Assembly: GCA_964576925.1 (NCBI GenBank)
Contig: CAZNWJ010000010.1
Span: forward strand, 2,363 to 66,362
Length of the DNA: 64,000 nucleotides
Origin: an uncultured Ignavibacteria bacterium
GTDB lineage: Bacteria; Zixibacteria; MSB-5A5; CAIYYT01
Reading direction: 5' to 3'
In this document: one piece after another, positions 61,733-64,000 of the stretch
Position numbering within the stretch: the stretch's first letter is position 1
How the letters are laid out: each line of letters starts with the position of its first letter
Notes under the pieces: generated by a model
Told to the model about the DNA's origin: nothing
Seen by the model: only the letters and a program-made list of their open reading frames with translations
Database searches by the model: none
Program-made: the position numbers and the translations under genes

Positions 61733-62425
61733 ATGATCAAAACCAAAAATCTTCGCAAGATATATGCCACTGAGGAAGTAGAGACTTCGGCGCTCAATGA
61801 AGTCTCCATTCAGATCGACGCGGGCGAGTTTGTCTCGATCATGGGCCCCTCGGGGTGCGGCAAGTCAACTCTCCTCAATGTACTCGGCCTTCTTGATAAC
61901 CCCACTGCGGGCGAGTATCACTTCCTCGATCAGGAGGTCTCAGGCCATAGCGAGCGCGAACGCGCCCTGCTGCGCAAACGCAATATCGGCTTCGTGTTCC
62001 AGAGTTTCAATCTGATCGACGAACTGACCGTCTTCGAAAATGTCGAGCTGCCGCTGCTCTACCTCGATGTGCCGCGCAGCGAACGCAAGCAGCGCGTCGA
62101 AGCCGTTCTCGAGCGCATGAACATTATGGCCCGCCGTAATCACTTTCCGCAGCAGCTCTCCGGCGGCCAACAGCAACGCGTCGCCGTTTCCCGCGCAATC
62201 ATCGCTAATCCCAAGCTGATTCTGGCCGACGAACCGACCGGCAATCTCGATACCACGCACGGCGATGAAGTCATGAAAATGCTTACCGACCTCCACCATA
62301 CCGGAACAACGATCGTGATGGTTACGCACTCGCCCGCCTACGCCGAGTACGGCACGCGCACCATTCATTTGCTCGATGGCAAAGTCGTAACCGAGAACAT
62401 TCTGCGGGCGCATCAGAAGGTGTAA
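61733..62425 (+). CDS. ABC transporter ATP-binding subunit (MacB/LolD type)
   Basis: [28 protein letters not shown] and MVTH motifs. Confidence 0.95.
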   Translation: MIKTKNLRKIYATEEVETSALNEVSIQIDAGEFVSIMGPSGCGKSTLLNVLGLLDNPTAGEYHFLDQEVSGHSERERALLRKRNIGFVFQSFNLIDELTVFENVELPLLYLDVPRSERKQRVEAVLERMNIMARRNHFPQQLSGGQQQRVAVSRAIIANPKLILADEPTGNLDTTHGDEVMKMLTDLHHTGTTIVMVTHSPAYAEYGTRTIHLLDGKVVTENILRAHQKV

Positions 62426-62486
62426 GCATGATCAAAGCCACTCCTTACAGCGGACAATCACTCTGGCGAAACTCGGAGTACTACGA

Positions 62487-64000
62487 GTGCTGAGAAACTA
62501 CCTTGTAGTTGCCTTGCGGAACTTGCGGCGCGAACGATCGTTTGCGCTGATCAACATCTTCGGTTTGGCGATCGGACTGGCGATCTGTTTGCTGGTCATG
62601 GCCTACGTCGTAGATGAGTGGACCTTCGATAGCTTTCATGCCAATGCTGATTGCGTCTTTCGCGTCAATGCCGTCGCACCTGAAGATAACAGGCCTCAGG
62701 TCAACACTCCGTTCCCCCTGCGTGACCTGATACTCGATTCAGCGCCGAGTCAGGTCGAGGGTGTCGTGCAGTGGATCTCTATGGTGGGCGCGCTTGTCAC
62801 GAGCGATCAGCAGTCCGTTCGCACGATGGTCAGCTTTGCTGACTCCGGGTTCTTTGAAGTGTTTTCATTCTCGCTGCTCGCCGGCGACTCAAGTCGCGCG
62901 CTCGGCGACCCGGGCGGACTGGTGCTCAGCGCGGACTTCAGCCAACGACTCTTTGGTTCCGCCGATCCCGTCGGGCGGCGCTTGTCCGTAAAACTCGGCG
63001 ATAGGGACGCGCAGTTTGTGGTCACCGCTGTGGCCGCGCCGGTGCCCGACAACTCCACACTCGAATTCCAATTGCTTCTCCCAATGTCCGCCATGAATCG
63101 CTTCTTCCGCTCCAGCCCGACCTGGAATACGTCGTGGCCCGAGACCTTCGTCTTGGCCCGGCCCGGATCCGACCGTGCGGAGCTGCTCGCTCGCATAAAC
63201 TCCGCGGCCGCATCTGTCCCGCGCCAGGTATCTGCGCAGGGTCCCCGGCTGTTTGAATTGCAGCCGTTGACGGATCTGCACCTGCGCCCCGACATCGACG
63301 GTAGCGCCCCGAATACCAGTTCGCCGACCTATTCGCTCGTCCTCTGCCTCGTCGCTTTTGTTATTCTCGAGACGGCCTGCATCAATTTCACTACGCTCGC
63401 CATTGGCCGTGCGCAGCGGCGCGTCCGCGAAATCGGAACCCGCAAGGTCATGGGCGCCGGCACTCGCCAGATCATCTTTCAGATTCTCGGCGAGACCATC
63501 GTCATTTCCGTCTTGGCTATGATTGTCGCCTTTGTGCTCGCGGAATTGTCCCTGCCGTACTTCAACACTCTCTCCGGGAAATCACTCTCGTCAATAGTAT
63601 CCGCAACGGGAGCCTGGGGACTGCTGACCATTTGGCTTGTTTTCGTCGCCGCCTTCTTTGCCGGTTTCTATCCGGCGCTGGTGCTTTCGCGCGTCAAGAT
63701 GACTGACGCCATGCGCGGTAAGGCGATTCTCTTAACCGGGAAACTGGCGACCCGGGTGTTGGTGGTTGCTCAGTTCACGATCTCGGCCGCTCTGATCGTC
63801 ATTACCATTTGTTTGCTGCGTCAGATCGACTTCGTGCTTCATTCCTCCCTCGGTTTCGAGCGAGAAGGTCTCGTGATGTTGCGGCTTGAAGGTTCCGCCG
63901 CCGAACGCTTCACGCTGATCGAACGACTTCGCGCGGCGCTCGGCCCTTCGGATGGCATTCTCTCAGTCGCTGCCTCAAGCGCGGATTTCACCGGCGGGGG
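62487..64000 (+). CDS. MacB/FtsX-type ABC permease, truncated by the window end (absent from the ORF track)
   Basis: GGAG RBS then GTG: MLRNYLVVALRNLRRERSFALINIFGLAIGLA; RRVREIGTRKVMGA at 63417 is in the same frame. Confidence 0.88.
   Translation, partial: MLRNYLVVALRNLRRERSFALINIFGLAIGLAICLLVMAYVVDEWTFDSFHANADCVFRVNAVAPEDNRPQVNTPFPLRDLILDSAPSQVEGVVQWISMVGALVTSDQQSVRTMVSFADSGFFEVFSFSLLAGDSSRALGDPGGLVLSADFSQRLFGSADPVGRRLSVKLGDRDAQFVVTAVAAPVPDNSTLEFQLLLPMSAMNRFFRSSPTWNTSWPETFVLARPGSDRAELLARINSAAASVPRQVSAQGPRLFELQPLTDLHLRPDIDGSAPNTSSPTYSLVLCLVAFVILETACINFTTLAIGRAQRRVREIGTRKVMGAGTRQIIFQILGETIVISVLAMIVAFVLAELSLPYFNTLSGKSLSSIVSATGAWGLLTIWLVFVAAFFAGFYPALVLSRVKMTDAMRGKAILLTGKLATRVLVVAQFTISAALIVITICLLRQIDFVLHSSLGFEREGLVMLRLEGSAAERFTLIERLRAALGPSDGILSVAASSADFTGG

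Noticed and set aside
62428-62493. 21-codon ORF between the ABC ATPase and permease genes
   Set aside because: Too short, with no RBS or recognisable motif; the GGAG upstream of GTG 62487 explains the region.

Overview
Bacterial window with two regimes. (1) ~1-27980 is an accessory island, apparently lower in GC by eye (not computed). It ends at a degenerate 3' fragment of tmRNA/tRNA-Ala (...CACCTCCACCA, 27955-27980) and holds two cargo blocks separated by a diverged ~220-bp copy (6883-7104) of the att-like junction found at its right end (27713-27980). Block A is an operon with an intact tubulin/FtsZ-like GTPase, a degenerate membrane-anchored tubulin-like paralog and a membrane-bound transglutaminase-like protein. 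Block B is an excisionase-like HTH gene plus a tightly packed 9-gene, ~19.6-kb operon: Swt1-HEPN-SNF2 helicase, sacsin/MORC-type GHKL ATPase with an HNH-like Zn finger, RecD-like helicase-nuclease, GrpE-like protein, non-canonical Hsp70, AAA+ ATPase, two J-like paralogs with swapped C-termini (TPR vs PH-like), and a single-pass membrane protein. No integrase or methyltransferase was seen. Block B is the best candidate for an undescribed (probably anti-phage) chaperone-coupled system; block A is the second. (2) 28020-64000 looks like host chromosome of an FCB-type organism (inferred from a T9SS/FlgD-type C-terminal domain and TPR kinase). It carries three tandem secreted beta-rich proteins (one frameshifted), fur-family-katG, an FAD oxidoreductase, a Ser/Thr kinase, DUF488, WD40, typA, ArsR + TolC/MFP/RND, an ECF sigma/small protein/TPR-CHAT/S8 protease cluster, and a sigma54 two-component system divergent from a MacAB-like ABC exporter. 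All family assignments are by motif recognition only; no searches were run.
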